A DNA stretch of 64,000 bases from Camelus ferus. Its lineage: Eukaryota. Below the pieces are notes generated by a model that saw only the letters and a list, made by a program, of their open reading frames with translations, had not been told where the DNA came from and ran no database searches. The stretch is taken from the NCBI RefSeq assembly GCF_009834535.1, contig NC_045697.1, positions 69,814,001 through 69,878,000 of the forward strand, written 5' to 3'. Positions 36,501 to 51,330 of this stretch are shown here, piece by piece. Every line of letters begins with the position of its first letter. Position 1 is the stretch's first letter. The position numbers were made by a program, and so were the translations under genes.

Positions 36501-39500
36501 TGAGTCACATTTGTGTAGCGAACGTTTTGCACAGTGCCTGGAAAATAGTAAGAGCTTTATATATATGAATTGAATAATTACTGGTGTCTAGAAAGAAAAT
36601 TTTAAAAGCAGAAAGCAGTAATACACACACAAAAAAAGAGGGAAATAGAATTGAACCATAATAAGATACTCAGGTACAGTTAAATTTCAGGCTAGTATTA
36701 TAATTTTTTTCTTCCAAAGACATTAATTCCTAGTATTTCCTAATGCGGTCCTGGACATGGTTATCTAACCACAACTGTGGGTCAGTGCATGAAGTTCAAA
36801 TCACCAACAGGTGGTTGATAAAAAGATTTTTTATGTGTTTACACAATCCTATAGTGCCCTACTCTGTTGCTTGCTTCAGCCAAACCAATCTGTGCTTATT
36901 ATTCTGTGTCTTCCTGTTTCCCTTCTCTTTTTCTCCCATCTGCAGGGCAGAGTTTCTCCTTCACTCTTTATATGTTTGTTCCACACTTTTTTTTCTCTCT
37001 CTCTGCACATAGCTAATGAGGATTTTTGTTTGTATAATTCATTTGAAACTTAGCATGCACACCCATTTTTGTTGTCAGTTTTATGTGGGGAGATTGCTCT
37101 CTAGGCTGGATTTGAGTCGAGAAATGCAGAAGTCAAAACTGCAGAGTAAAACTTTACTTTTTCCTCTTCCCCTTTTCTTCCTCCTCTTCCTCTTTTATGT
37201 GGGAGAAATGGGTTTGAATCTCTACCCAAGGCAGTTTAATGGCAGTTATTTTTAGGGATTAAATTTGCTTAGGTACTTTTAGTCTTGAACTTCAGTGCTG
37301 AGTTACACTGATTGATATTCATTCATGTCAATCTCTCTTTCATTATTGTAAAGCTACCAGTCAAAACACTTCTACAGAGAGATTGACACATGTTCCAGCA
37401 CTCTCCTCCTTTTCACAGCAGAGGAGTCAGACACCAGTCAGTCACAGCAAGGATACTCATCCTCTCTGGCGTTTCTGCTCCACCCGGTACCCGTCAGCAC
37501 TGACTGAGCACAAACTCACTCCAGGCACTCATATGGGTTCAGTGGGGTGACAATGATGGATAAGACACAGCCTCTACCTGTTTCAGAAGGCAGTATGAGG
37601 CAGTGGTTGTGACATGGTCTTAAATTAGGGCTGACACTATTCTTACCAGCTGTGTGAACTTGGAATTGTTAACCGTTCCTGGCTTTAGTTTTTTTTTTTT
37701 TTAAATCTGTAAAATAAGGACAAATTGTAGTATCACCTGAAAAGACTGTTAGATGAAAAATGAGATAATTCTTTTAAAGCACTTATCAGGGAACCTGACA
37801 GACAGGACAGCCCTCAATGAATATTAGCTATAATGATTACTCATAAAAGCAAGCCCACCAGCTATGGAAGAAAAGACACACAGACTACCAAGTCTCCTAT
37901 ATGTCAGCCTGTCTGTCAAGAGCTGTAACACAGCTATACGTTAATGCTTTGGGAGCAGAGAAGGGGGTGCCATTCTGAGTGAAGGGCTCAGGAAGCTTTG
38001 TAGATGAGCAGGCATTTGAGGGAGGTTTTAAATAATCTTGGAGAAAAGAGAATTGTCACTGGGTCATTTCTATTGTTTTTTGTTCAGTGTAACCATTCTG
38101 TGTATGATTTCCAGAGAAGAGTGGGTTGATTTTTCTTTTATCTACATTTGGAGTCCTCATACAATCCATTGCACAGTCAGCTATTTAATTAGATGTAGTC
38201 TGTCAACATGGATAAATTAACATAAAGAGTATATTGCTTTAGAAATGCCCAGGGAACAATTTCATGACTAGTTCACAGCTGTGTCAATAAGTTTTAATTA
38301 TGTAGTCGCTGAGAAAATACAAGGGCTGAGAAATGTTCACTTACCTGAGACACAAGGGCTGTTCTACAATTTCAAGTTGTTTTCAGTTTGGAAGGGAGTG
38401 AAGGAAAGAAGAAAGTCCCCAATCTTATGTCTGGCATTCAAGGCGCTTCATAATCCAGCTCTAATATTCTCATCCATCTTACCCCTTCCTACTCTCCAAT
38501 ACAGGGCCTGTGTTCTTTCAAAGCTGGTGTCTACATTGTCCCCAAAACAGAAATCCACTCCTCATTGAGCCCTTACCCATCATGGCAACCTTCTTCTCTG
38601 TTCTGCCCTCTTGGCCATTCATATCCTACCCATACCTTGAGACCCAGGTCAAAGTGGCCCCTATGAAGATATGTTTGCTCCATCTCACAGTCATCCTTTC
38701 AGCACTAGCATTGCTCCTATGGCTTTTGGGACCCATTTTCTTCTGTTGCTCTTTATATTTTGTGTAGAGATCAATCTCTCACATTCTACTGGAAATTTCT
38801 GGGCAGGGGCCTTCTTAAATTTCATTTATGTTCATGATGGCATTTAGTACAGTGTATGCAATAGGTGTTTAACAGATATTTGTTGAACTGTACTCACTTA
38901 CCTTAGGGCAGGCATATGCTAACCATGAGGAACCTGGTAATGAACACGACCCAGTGCCTCCTTTTCAAGGGGTTGCCTATTAGCAGTGGGGTCATCATTC
39001 ATCAATTCAACAAGACACAGAAACCCTCATATGAAGTAAGAAGTGGTCAGTGCCAGCAGAGTTCCAGAGTGGAATTCAAAAGAGGACAACTCTACCCTGT
39101 CTTTTCACATGTGTATTCTCCTCACTTAATCAAGTTCTTGGCACATAGTGAGTGTTCAGATATTTGTTGACTAAATTGAAAGAGTGACTTTTACTTCAGA
39201 GGGTCAAGAAAGACTTGAAAGAAAGATATTTGATTAAGATTTATCTAGGAAGACAAGTCAGAATTGAGAGGTATACATGAAATCAACAGCATGGACAAAG
39301 AACCTGAGCAAACCCTTTTCTCTTTATACCCTCTTTTACACATTTTCCTGTTCACTCATCTCTCATACCTGGAGGCCTAGGGTTTGAGGGAATTATAGCT
39401 GTTACCACCTTGTTTTCAAGGCCTAGATGAATTTGGAGCCTTAACACACAATCATCACCTTCCATTACTCCATGATCGCATGGCTCCACGAACTACCAAA

Positions 39501-39885
39501 AACACATTGGGACAAACTCCATAGAGTCAGGCCATCTTTGATGCCATCTGGCAAGTGCTCTGCTCTCATCCCTTGCCCTGCCTTCTAGAAGTTTAGATAG
39601 GCAGGTGGGACGAGGAGAGAAACATGATTGGATGTCAGCTTTCCAGTATCAATAGGGCCAGACAGACCTGGAACAGCAACTGGAAAGTCCAGAGGTAATC
39701 CTTCAATCTCTAAAGGGTCACAGGATGTCATTCCCCTCTGCTTTTCTCTTTCTGTCTCTTTCATTCTCTTTCTCTCTGTAACCCAGCACAACTCTATGTA
39801 ACATTCCAAACCAAGCACGGTCTTCTAAATTCACATTTTCCAGAGAGAGGATATGTTGGGTTCAGCTTGGGTCAGGGTTGGTCCC

Positions 39886-40170
39886 TGAGGTAGGCAGAAT
39901 GATGGCCCCCAAATATGTCCACACTCCTAATTCACAGAAGTCACAAATATGTTGCCTTACATGGCAAAAGGGATTTTGCAGATGTGATTAAAGACCTTGA
40001 AATGAGGAGATTATCCAGGTGGACCCAATATAATGACATGGATTTTTAAAACAGGAGAACCTTTCCAGGCTGTGGTCAGAGAGGGTGATGTGACTACTCA
40101 GCCCTTAGATGGCCATGTTTCAACAGGAGGTGTAATTAGTTTTCTATTGCTCTTGTAACAAATTACCACA
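39886..40170 (+). mobile_element. MLT1 LTR fragments
   Basis: ggtaggcagaatgatggccccc...ttacatggcaaaagggattttgcagatgtgattaa. Confidence 0.75.
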
Positions 40171-42794
40171 GACTCTCTTGGAAGATTAACAGGAAGGCAA
40201 GAACTAGCATTTCTAATACAGTCATACAGTTAACAATGAACAGTGTTGGGATTTGACTCCAAAGCCTATGAAGGAAAAACCAGCAACTCTGCAAAAGACC
40301 CAACTGTCTCCTTTTTCCCTGGAGGCCTCATAGTTTACAAGAACCTTAGAAAGGATAATGTAACTGGCAGAAATTACTCTCAGTACAAATCATTCATTTT
40401 AGGGTAAAATGATGAGATTAATATTATTTTAAAAATCTAGAAAAAACGTAACAATTTTCATATGTGCATACGTAGTCTGAAAACTTTAAAGCATGTTGAG
40501 GGATGGAGATACACAATGAAGAGTTGGGGAGGGAACTTGGTAGCAGCAAGTAGAACTCTGGACCAAGACTTTAAAATACTAGAGCAATTTTGAAAAACAC
40601 CCACATTCAAAACCATTAAAAACTATTCAATTAGCATTTCATTTTGATTTTAATGCTGAAGTCAAAGATGTTGAGGGAGTTGCCAATGTTGCTGTGGCTG
40701 TGAAGCTGGGATCCTTGCCACGCAGAGCATTGCGAGCAAATCTTGTTTGCGTTACCTCCTGAGGCCCTTGGGAAATAATCTAAGAGAAGGCAAAATCCCA
40801 AACCACAAAGACATACACTTATGAGAGCCAAACTACAAAAAGTCTGAATGTCTCACAAATGTTTTAGAGACTTATTGCAAATCATTCTGATGATGTGCAT
40901 GGCAGATGCCAAATATAATTACTGAGTGATGCAGAAACACCAAATGTTTGTAATACTTTAAAATAACACAGAGTAATACAAATGCCATGGTTGGAACAAT
41001 ATAAAAATAGTGGCAATTTTTCTTCTCAAAATTTTAAAATATTGTTGTTTGCCATGACAAACAAATTATTACTATCAATATCTAATATTCATGGAGTGCT
41101 TAATTTGTTAGGTAATTTGCATACATTGTCTCAACTAATTCAGTCCCTAAAACTAACGTATGATGTCGGTGTCATTGTTACGCACATTTTATAGATGAGG
41201 ACACCAAGGTTTAAGGAGTTATGTAAATTTCTCAAGGTAAAACAACTAGTGACAGAGCCAGTGTTCCAGCAGGCCTAACTTTAGAGTGTGATAACCAGCA
41301 TCATCACCATCATCATCATCATCATATCTTTGTCACTCTCCCTATGTTCCAGGTACTGTTCTAGACGCTTTACATTTATCAATTCATTTAATCCTCACAA
41401 TAACTCTGTGGTAAATTCACTGTTCTCCTCATTTTAGAGCTGCATGTGTTTCATCAATGTCTTTGTCATCATTAAACCCACTTTTTGAGTTTTGTAGCAC
41501 AATTTTCCAGGACATGTCAACTTTATTTCCATCTAAATTGCTTGAGACGCATGATCTCAAACAGGAGCTGATACAGTGCTGGAAATTGTATTCCCAGATG
41601 TATTTCCTACTGGAGTCTTGGGCTTGCTCCAGCATGGGCTGGGGGTGCTCTGCCTCTGGGCACACCCGCCATCCTAAGGCTTCTCTCCTGAGGAATCCCT
41701 GCGCTCTCTCCCGGGTGAGAGTATCAGCTTCCTAGATCCTGTGTTTTTCTCCTCAATTACTGTACTGCTTTCAGGGAACTTCATCAGGTAGCATCCTGAG
41801 AAAAAGCGTACTGGGGGATAAATATCTTGTAATCTTTTATGTTTGTATTGTATTCCCATCCTGCTATGATAACATTTAATTCTCAAGAGTTCTTTTTTTT
41901 TATTACAGCCTATTATTATTTGCATGCATACAGTGTCTTCTGGTCCCTTTCAGGATATGGACAACAGCTTTTTGAAGATTTTTACATTCTTTTTTTCTTT
42001 TCATGAGTTATTTTCTTCCAACTTCCTCTTCTTTGTTTGCTTTGTTCTCTCTCATATTAGAAAGCTAGAATCATGTCAGCCTTCTGATGGTTCTTGGTTG
42101 CCTCCTTCTGTTGAAGAATGAGACACCAGCAAGCTGTTGGGATGCTCTAAACACATGGGTGGCTTTTGTTGACTGCGGGATTTGCTATAGAATTATCTGG
42201 TGAGCTTTATCGTTAGGGAATCTGCAAAGTCAGTGTGTGTGGGTATTTTCTCTTTGGGTTGGTCAGATTTTTCAGAGAAGGATTTCCCAATTGTCTGTGT
42301 GGAAGGTACATGATCAGCTGCCACCATTCTGGAATCTAAGAGGGCAATTGAAGATCCAAATACAATCCCCTTGGAGAAACAGGCAGAATCCAGGATTATG
42401 CAGGTAACTCCAGACAGTTTGTTTACATTACTTTCCTATGACTATAAGCCAAAAACCTACTAGACTGTATAATCTCATGTTCAGAAGCTCTAAATGGTTT
42501 CTTTTAAGGCCTGTGAAAGGTTTCTGATATCAAGCCTTATATATCTGCCTTAGATAATCCCAGGTTCCTAAATGATCCAGTAAGAAAAACATGTCTATTA
42601 CTCCAAGAGTAATATGCAAAATCGACAGTTTTTAAATCTTCTCAAGATTTTAGAAACATCTCAGTAGTTTATATTATCTTGACAATTATTTTGCTAGAGG
42701 ATTTTTCTTAAATGAAAGCAAAAATTACAGTAACTTCAAGTTATTTCACAATTACATTTGTATGTTGGCAACTGAAATCTTCAGCACTATTGTT

Positions 42795-43265
42795 ATTTTT
42801 TTAAGGAAGTGTAATTGATTTACAATGTTGTGTTAGTTTTTAGTGTAATACAGCATAGTGATTCAGTCATACATATACATGTATACATAGTTTTTATATT
42901 CTTTCTCATTATAGATTATTATGAGATACTGAATATAGTTCCCTGTGCTATACAGAAGAAACTTGTTGTTTATCTATTTCATATATAGTAGTTTGTATCT
43001 GCTAATCCCAATCTCCTGATTTATCCTTCCCTCCATCATTTCCCCTTTGGTAACCATAAGTTGGTTTTCTATGTCAATGAGTCTCTCTCTGTTTTGTAAA
43101 TAAGTTCATTTATGTCATTTGTTTAGATTCCACATATAAGTGATATCATATGGTATTTGTCTTTCTCTGTCTGACTGACTTAATTTAGTATGATAATCTC
43201 TAGATTCATCCATGTTGGATGCAAATACCACTATTTCATTCATTTTTATGGCAGAGTAGTATTCC

Positions 43266-43317
<52 letters not shown>

Positions 43318-43534
43318 CTACATCTTTATCCAATCAACTGTCAGTTGACATTTAGGTTGCTTCCATGTCTTGGCTATTGTAACAACTCCTGCTATGAATA
43401 TTGGGATGCATGTGTCTTTTCAAATTGAGAGTTTTCTCCAGGTATATGCCCAGGAGTGGGATTGCTGGATCATATGGTAACTCTATTTGTAGTTTTTTAA
43501 GGAGTCTCCATACTGTTTTCCATAGTGGCCTCAC
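42795..43534 (-). mobile_element. L1 3' end insertion containing a (GT)n tract, with TSD
   Basis: L1 ORF2 C-terminus (LKKLQIELPYDPAIPLLGIY); flanking tggca(a/g)ctgaaatctt at 42766-42781 and 43535-43550. Confidence 0.9.
43268..43314. repeat. (TG)n microsatellite
   Basis: Perfect TG run. Confidence 0.95.
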
Positions 43535-44854
43535 TGGCAGCTGAAATCTTTATTTCATTTCTTTAGAGTTTCTTTATAGGTAGTAAAGTCATGAGTCTCA
43601 TTGTAACAAGTAAAACCAAACAATTGTAGTTAAAAAGTTAACATTTATTCTCTAACTCCCTTCAGTTTGAGTTTTCTGAGGGAAATAGCCTGTTTGTACA
43701 TCTCCACACCTTTCTCCATGCTCATATAAACCTATGTACTAATAAATGGGAATATATTTTTGGTTTGTTTTTGTCTTTCACAAAAATTGGATCATACAAT
43801 ACACATTACTCTACTTTGGTTTTTTACATGTTATGATGCATCAAATTCACCCCTCTTAAAAGATGTGTTGTTCTTCTAAATATCCACAATAAGGTTTATC
43901 ATTCTTATTTTGTCAAAGAGTTGAAAGATTATTTACTTAATTTTTCTTCTACAAACAAGGTTGTAGTAAATAACCTTGTCTTTACATCCTCACAGCCAGA
44001 TACTTTTATTTCTAGGAGCGGATTCCCAAGTGTAGTTATCTTGGGGGAAATGACAGGTATGCCTTTAAATGTTAGTAAGTATTGCCATTGCTTTTCAGAA
44101 ACCTATAACAATTCACATTTTTATCAGTAGTATAAGCTAGCAGATAAATGGTGATATCTCATTTTGTTTTATTGTGTGTTTTGCTGACCACTATCAAGGT
44201 TCAGCTCCATTTCATATGCTTGTTGCCCATTTGTATTTCCTCTGTTATGAATTTCCATTATTGCCCATTTTCCTAGAGCTACTTGTCCTTTTTTTTAAAA
44301 TAAAAATGCACTTGGATAGTAGAGATATACTTTGTTGACCATATGTGTGCAAATATTTTCCCTTGTACATTATTTTCTTTTAGACTGTCTTTATACCAAA
44401 ATTTAAAAATGTCCCCCCATACTCAGAATTTGATTTTAAATACTTCCATGAAATTATTAAAGTCAATCTTCTACTTCATCTGAATCTCATGGGAAGGCAA
44501 AGAGTCAAAGCAATATATTCTCACATACCATGTACATTTTTCCCTCTATCCTCTTTGCCCCATGCTTCTATTACTCATATAACCCTGTTTTCAACATTCA
44601 GAACTTCTATCTACGTCTGCTCCCTTTCTGTGGCAATACATGATTATAGACCTAGCCAATAACTAACTTCTGTGCTGGAATACAGAGTCACTTGTATTAT
44701 TTAATCAATATGCCTCCTAGTAAAAGCTGATTTAGCCAATATTCTGAAAGTCTTGAAGAGGGGCATGGCAATTGAATTTCTGTCAATCATATGCTTGAAT
44801 CATTTATAAGAACTTGATATTGAGGGTATCCAGTTCTTAATCCTATTATCTTGT

Positions 44855-45396
44855 TGTGGTAGATAGAATTTTGAGATGAGTCCCACGAATACTGTCCCCT
44901 GGTGGACACACTTAGTATGATCCTTTACAGGAAAGTGTGGATGGAAACTGACTGTGATGGGCTAGTCACTTCCTTAGTTAGGGCACATATCTGGCAAATG
45001 GTGATGGGATAGTCACTCCCATGATTATGTTACATTATATAAGACCGGAGGGGGATTGGACATCAGGAGATTGGCAGCATGACAGGGCATGTGGAAGGAG
45101 CTATGCTGAGACTGCTCCCAGCCTGCAGCCAGCAAGAGAATGGAAGCCTTAGTCCTCCAACCACGAGGAACTAAATTTGGCCAACAACCCCGTGAACTTA
45201 GAAGAGGACCCCAACCTCCAGAAAGGAACATAGCTCGGCTGACAACTTGATTTCAACTTTGAGAGATCCTGAGCAGAGAAAACAGTTTAGCCGTGCCTAG
45301 ACTTTGACTTAAAGAAACTGTGAGATGATAAATGCATGTACTTTCAAGTTGCTAATTTTGTGGTAATTTGTTACACAGCAATAGAAAACTAATACA
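44855..45396 (+). mobile_element. MLT1-type solo LTR
   Basis: TGTGGTAG start; ...ggtaatttgttacacagcaatagaaaactaataCA end. Confidence 0.85.
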
Positions 45397-47949
45397 CATA
45401 TGAAGAAATGTTTCATATAATTCTGAATCACCTACAACTGTATTTATTTTTTCAAGTATGTTTTCACACATTTAGGGTAAACGTTTCTGTGCAATTACAA
45501 GATATATTTAGAAAGGGATCACATCCAGTTAATAAGGACAGGCTCAGGGAGGAGAGGAGTTTGGGGAATTTTTTGAATTTTGAATAATGTGAGTGATGAA
45601 GAAGACAGGTGAGTCGAGATAGGAAAGTCACTTGGGGTATCATTTTGACTTGCAGTAAGACATAGAAGAAACTGAGAATAGAATATTACTTGCTAAATAT
45701 TTTTTAATGGAAAATTTAGTTTAAAATAGAAAAGATTATGATACAAGAATAGAAACAAGGTCTAACATAATTTAGAAAGTCCTATATGCTGGCTAAATGT
45801 TAACATTATTTATTTCTACTTCTGATATTTACATAAAGGAGTTTTCAGTAGACTATTTAACCAATAATTTTTATAGTTTTGAAAATAAAATATAGAGACC
45901 CTAAGGACTCCATTAGCAATTGGGGCAGAGGTCCTTTCTAAAGGTTACTAATGGACGCCCCTACAATAATGAATCCCCCCACTCCTCCAGTATATCTGGA
46001 AGACGGGGCAGGGGAAAGGGGGCTTGTCAGAGTCATGACTTTTTGTCCCAGTGGGGAGCATTGTAACTCTTCCCTTCTCCACTTTCTTTCTTCTCCTGTA
46101 GGGGAAGCTGCAAGAAACCTGCTCTGCCAGAGAGTTGCAGAGGTTTCTCCTTCTGTACACCATGTACATGACATATTCACAACAGCTGGGTCCCAAGGTG
46201 TTATAAATCCTCAAAATTTGGTATGGAAGTCTGTTATATAAATTTCCCCCTCCCCAAATGCAGGTAAATAACTGAATATATTAGGTGACTTCTTTCAGAC
46301 TCTCAATGATTTACTTCTCATTTAATGTTTAATTTTGGCACTGGCTAGAACACACTCTGTTTCCTGAATCACTTACTTGTTCCTGTTCCCTAATTTCCCA
46401 ATTGTCCAGTTGGTGGACTAGGTCATGCCAAAAAATAAAATCACTTTCAAAGTTACCATTCCTTCTTTAATTGTAATGCTGATTTTCCACATATGATCTT
46501 TATTAGACTTCACTTTTTCTTCACTTACCAAACTAGAAATACTGTAGTTCCTTTTGGGAACCGTTTTAAGGAAATAAAATTTTCTAGTTATTTCACAAGA
46601 ATTATTGTGTCTTTAATGATGTGTGGAGAGCCACAGAACTGAATGGAAATGTAGACGCCTCCCCCACCCCTGCCCCAGGCAGGCAGCAAGGCCTCATTCA
46701 TTGGCTTAAACATGAGCCTCAGTGTAATGGACATGATAAAATCTGACAACTCCACACTAACATGATTTATTGCTGATTGCAGATGTCTAAACTGGCAAAA
46801 TATTAAGTTGCAAATCAACATTGACTGCTTCCTGACTAAGTGTTTTTTTGCAGTATGTTAGGTACTGGGGTAATTCAGTATACAGAAGATGAGGTCTTGG
46901 CATCGTAAGACAGAACTGTTGAAAATTTATTTTTGTGATGAGATTTAACTAAAAGATTTAATTAAATCTAATATTAAACATAATAAACGTTGTATAAAGG
47001 TTAACATAACCTTTAAGTTAAACAATGTTAAAGGTGATATGTAAGGCAACAAGTGAATATTTGACAAACAAGCTGTAGAACTATCTGTTTAGGAGTCAGA
47101 GGAGGAGAAATCTCCCGCTGCCGTGTCTTGTGATGTCCATATTCTCATTGTTGGGCAGCCGTTGTCACAATAAAGGAGCTTTGGAGTCTCTTAGAGAAGT
47201 ATTTTAGTAGCTCATTTGTTTTTTCATGTTTGTGTTTCTCTCATCAAAGATCATTGACAGAAATAATAGCAGCAATTATTTATCAGTAGTTTACTACGAG
47301 CAGTCAGTGAGCGATGGCAGTGAGTATTCAATGGTGTTTTAGGTTTGGCAGGTTTACATGAGAGAAGAGGAATAGGCTAGGTAGTGGGGCTACAGTTCAA
47401 ACTTTAGTGTGGGGACTAGGAAGTCTAGAGTAACCCTAAGAAGTGTGATAGTTAGAAATGGATTCAAGGGTAAAAACTGAAAACCTGACTCAGAGTGAAC
47501 TAAACACTGAAATCACTGAAGCTGGTTTACACAGAAGGGATTTCTTGAGGGCGATATGGAGCTCACAGAATCAGTGTGCAAAAAGATGCTAGGCTGAGCT
47601 TCCAAAAATAATGTCAGTACCTGTCTTTCTAAGGAAGCTATTCCCTTGTATGGATCTGGGAGCTACCAGGACAGCTCTTGACTCCAACTCCAGAATGTTT
47701 CTGCCCTCTCTGTGATCCACACCAACAGAATAGATGCTCCATATTCTGCCTATTTTGATAAAATGCAGTTCTGAAGCATGCTCTGTCATAAGTGCATTTA
47801 ATTGGCAAAACTTAAATCACACTTCTGCATCTTGTAATTTTGGGGGGAGGAGGCTATGGGAGAATTTAATGCTAGGAAAGTTGAACTCGTACTATAGGAA
47901 ATAATTGAAATGAGAATCAACTCCAAATCTATAGCTCAGAACTTAATTC

Positions 47950-50900
47950 TTATTTTTAAGAAAAATGTTTATTGCAGTATAGTTGATTTACAATGTTATA
48001 TTAGCTCAGGTGTATAGCAAAGTTATTCAGTTATACACACACACACACACACATACATATACATATACTTATATTTTCAGATTCTTTTCAATGATAGGTT
48101 ATTACAAGAAATAGAATATAGTTCGCTTGTGCTATTCAGTAGATCCTTGTTGTTTGTTTGGTAGCCGTATGTTTGTTTTCTATGTCTGTGAGTCTATTTC
48201 TGTTTGGTAAATAAGTTCATTTGTGTCCTTTTTTTTAGATTCCACATATAAGTGATATCATATTATATTTGTATTTTTCTGTCTGACTTAGTTTACTTAG
48301 TATGACAATCTCCAGGCCCATCCATGTTGCTGCAAATGACATTATTCCATTCTTTTTAATGCCTGAGTAATATTCCATCATGTATATATACCATATCTTC
48401 TTTATCCATTCATTGGACAATGGACCCTTAGGTTATTTCCGTGCCTTGGCTGTTGTAAAGAGTGCTGTGATGAACATCGGGGTGCATGTATATTTTTGAA
48501 TTAGTGTTCGTCTTTTATAGCTATATGCCAAAGATTGGGATTGCTGGATCATGTGGTAACTCTATTTTTAGTTTTTTTTTAAGGAACCTCCATACTATTC
48601 TCCATAGTGGCTGCACCAGTTTACATTTCTACCAACAGTAGGAGGATTCTGTTTTCTCCATACCCTCTCCAGCATTTATTATTTGTAGACATTTGATGAT
48701 GATCATTCTGACTGGTGTGAGGTGATACCTCAGTAGGTTTGATTTGCATTTCTGAAATAATTAGTGATGCTGAGCATCTTTTTATGTGCTTGTTGGCCGT
48801 CTGTATGTCTTCTTTGGAGAAATGTCTATTTAGGTCTTCTGCACATGTTTTGACTGGGATGTTTGTTCTTTGGATATTGAGCTGTATGAGCTTTTTGTAT
48901 ATTTTAGAATTAATCCCTTGTGGGGTGCATTGTTTGCAAGTATTTTCTCTTATTCCATAGATTGTCTTTCCGTTTTGTTTATGGTTTCCTTTGCTCTGCA
49001 AAAGCTTTTCAGTTTAATTAAGTCTCACTTGTTTATTTTTGCTTTTGTTTCCATTACTGTAGGAACCAGATGCAAAAAAAAAAAAAAATTGCTGTGATTT
49101 ATGTCAAAGAGTGTTCTGCCTATGTTTTCCTCTAGTAGTTTTATAGTATCCTGTCTTACATTTAGGTCTTCAATCCATTTTGAGTTTATTTTTGTATATG
49201 GTGTTAGATAATATTCTAATTTCATTCTTTTACATGTAGCTGTGCAGTTTTTCCAGCACCAATTATTGAAGGACTGATTTCTCTCCCTTGTATATTCTTG
49301 CCTCCTTTGTTGTAGGTTAACTGACCATAAGTGGTTTATTTCTGGGCTTTCTATCCTATTTCTATTCCACTGATCTTTGTTGAATAAAAGTGGTGGGAGT
49401 GGGCATCCTTGTCTTATTCCTGATCTTAGAGGAAATGCTTTTAGTTTTGCACCGTTGAGTATGATGTTAGCTGTGGGTTTGTCATAGATAGCTTTTATTA
49501 TGTTGAGGTATGTTCCCTCTATGCCCACTTTCTGAGGAGTTTTCATCATAAATCAATGTTGAATTTTATCAAAAGCTTTATTTGCATCTATTGAGATGAT
49601 CATATGGTTTCTATTCTTCAATTTGCTAATGTGGGGTATCACCCTGATCAATTTGCAGATATTGAAAAATCCTTGCATCCCTGGGATAAATCCCACTTGA
49701 TCATGGTGTATGATCCATTTAATATATTGTTTGATTTGTTAGTGTTTTGTCAAGGACTTTTGCATGTATGTTCATCAGTGATATTGACCTGTAATTTTCT
49801 TTTTTTGTGTATGATATTTTTGTTTGGTTTTGTTATCAGGGTGTATAGTGGCCTCATAGAATGTGTTTGGAAGTGTTCCTTTCTCTGCAATTTTTTGGAA
49901 CAGTTTCAGAAGTATAGGTGTGAACTTTTTTCTAAATGTTTGGTATATAGAATTGACCTGTGAAGCCATCTAGTCTTGGAATTCTTAACCTTTATTTTTG
50001 TTTGTTTTGGGAGTTTTAAAATTACTGATCCAATTTCCATACTAGTAATTGGTCTGTTCGTATTTTCTGTTTCTTTCTGGTTCAATCTTGGGAGATTGTG
50101 CCTTTCTAAGAATTTGTCAATTTCTTTTAGGATGTCCATTTTATTTGCAGATAGTTGCTCATAGTAGCCTCAGAGGATCCTTTGTATTTCTGTGGTATTG
50201 GCTGTAACTTCTTTTTCATTTCTGCTTTTATTATTTATTTTTATTTTAATATTCTCTATTTATCTTTAATTTTTGTAATTTTGATTACAGTGTGTCTTTG
50301 TGTGTTCCTCTTTGGGTTAATCCTGTGTGTGACTCTCTGCTTCCTAGACTCGGGTGACTTTCCTTTCCCAGCTTAGGGAAGTTTTCAGCAATTATATCTT
50401 CAAATATTTTCTTGGGCTTTTACTCTCTCCCTTCTCCTTCTGAGACCTCAATAATGCAAATATCAGTATGCTTGATGTTGTCTCAGAGGTCTCTTAGACT
50501 GTCCTTGTTTTTTGTTTTTCTTTTTTTTTCCTGTTTCATTGCAGTACTTTCCACTTCTCTGCCTTCCAGCTCACTGATCCATTCTTCTGCATCATGTAGT
50601 CTACTATTGATTCCTTCTAGTGTGTGTTTTATTTCAGTTATTGTATTCTTCAACTCTGGTTGTTATTTATATATTTGTAATTCTTTGTTAAAACCTTGTT
50701 AAGTTCTCACTCTGTGCACCCATTCTTCTCCTGAGTTTTTTGATCATCTTTATGATCATTACTCTGAACTCTTTCTCAGGTAGATTGCCTATCTCCACAT
50801 GGATTAGTTCTTCTTCTGGGGTTTTATCTTGTTTGTTCATGTAGAACATACTTCTCTGCTGCCTCATTTTGTCTAAATTGCTGTTTATATCTTTATGTAT

Positions 50901-51330
50901 GTGGTAGGTTATTTACATTTCTTGACCTTGGAGAAGTGGCCCTCTGTAGAAGACATCCTGTGCATCCCAGCATTGCACTTCCCTCTTGTGACCCAAGGGC
51001 CAGGGGCCAGCTGTTGTCAGGGTAGTGTCTGGCCTTGTTTGCAGACTTGTTCCATAGACTGTGGGATCATAGTTTTCTTGCTTATGGTGTCTTACCCTTG
51101 GTGGGTGAGGCTGTTCTAGGGGCTTGTGCAGGCTTCCTTGCAGGAGAGGTTAGTGCCTGCCCACTAGTGGGTGGAGCTGGGTCTTGGCTCTCTGGTGGGC
51201 AGAGTCCTGTCTAGGGTTGTATATCTAGAGGTGGTTGTAGGCTCAGGAGGTCTTTGAGGAGCCTAAAGACTGATAGGTGGGGCTATGTCCCTGTGCAGTT
51301 AATTGTTTGGTTTGAGACATTCCAGCACTG
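47950..51330 (-). mobile_element. L1 with multiple internal deletions (3' UTR, ORF2, ORF1 and part of 5' UTR)
   Basis: ORF2-like peptides (GIEGTYLNIIKAIYDKPTANIILNG, LPRLNQKETEN). Confidence 0.92.

Noticed and set aside
40670..40760. Cluster of FOXA- and C/EBP-like motifs suggesting a liver enhancer
   Set aside because: Short degenerate motifs; unsupported without chromatin or conservation data.
46065..46200. Strong plus-strand splice acceptor and exon-like segment (also 32566-32660); possible antisense lncRNA exons
   Set aside because: Splice-like motifs are common and there is no independent evidence.
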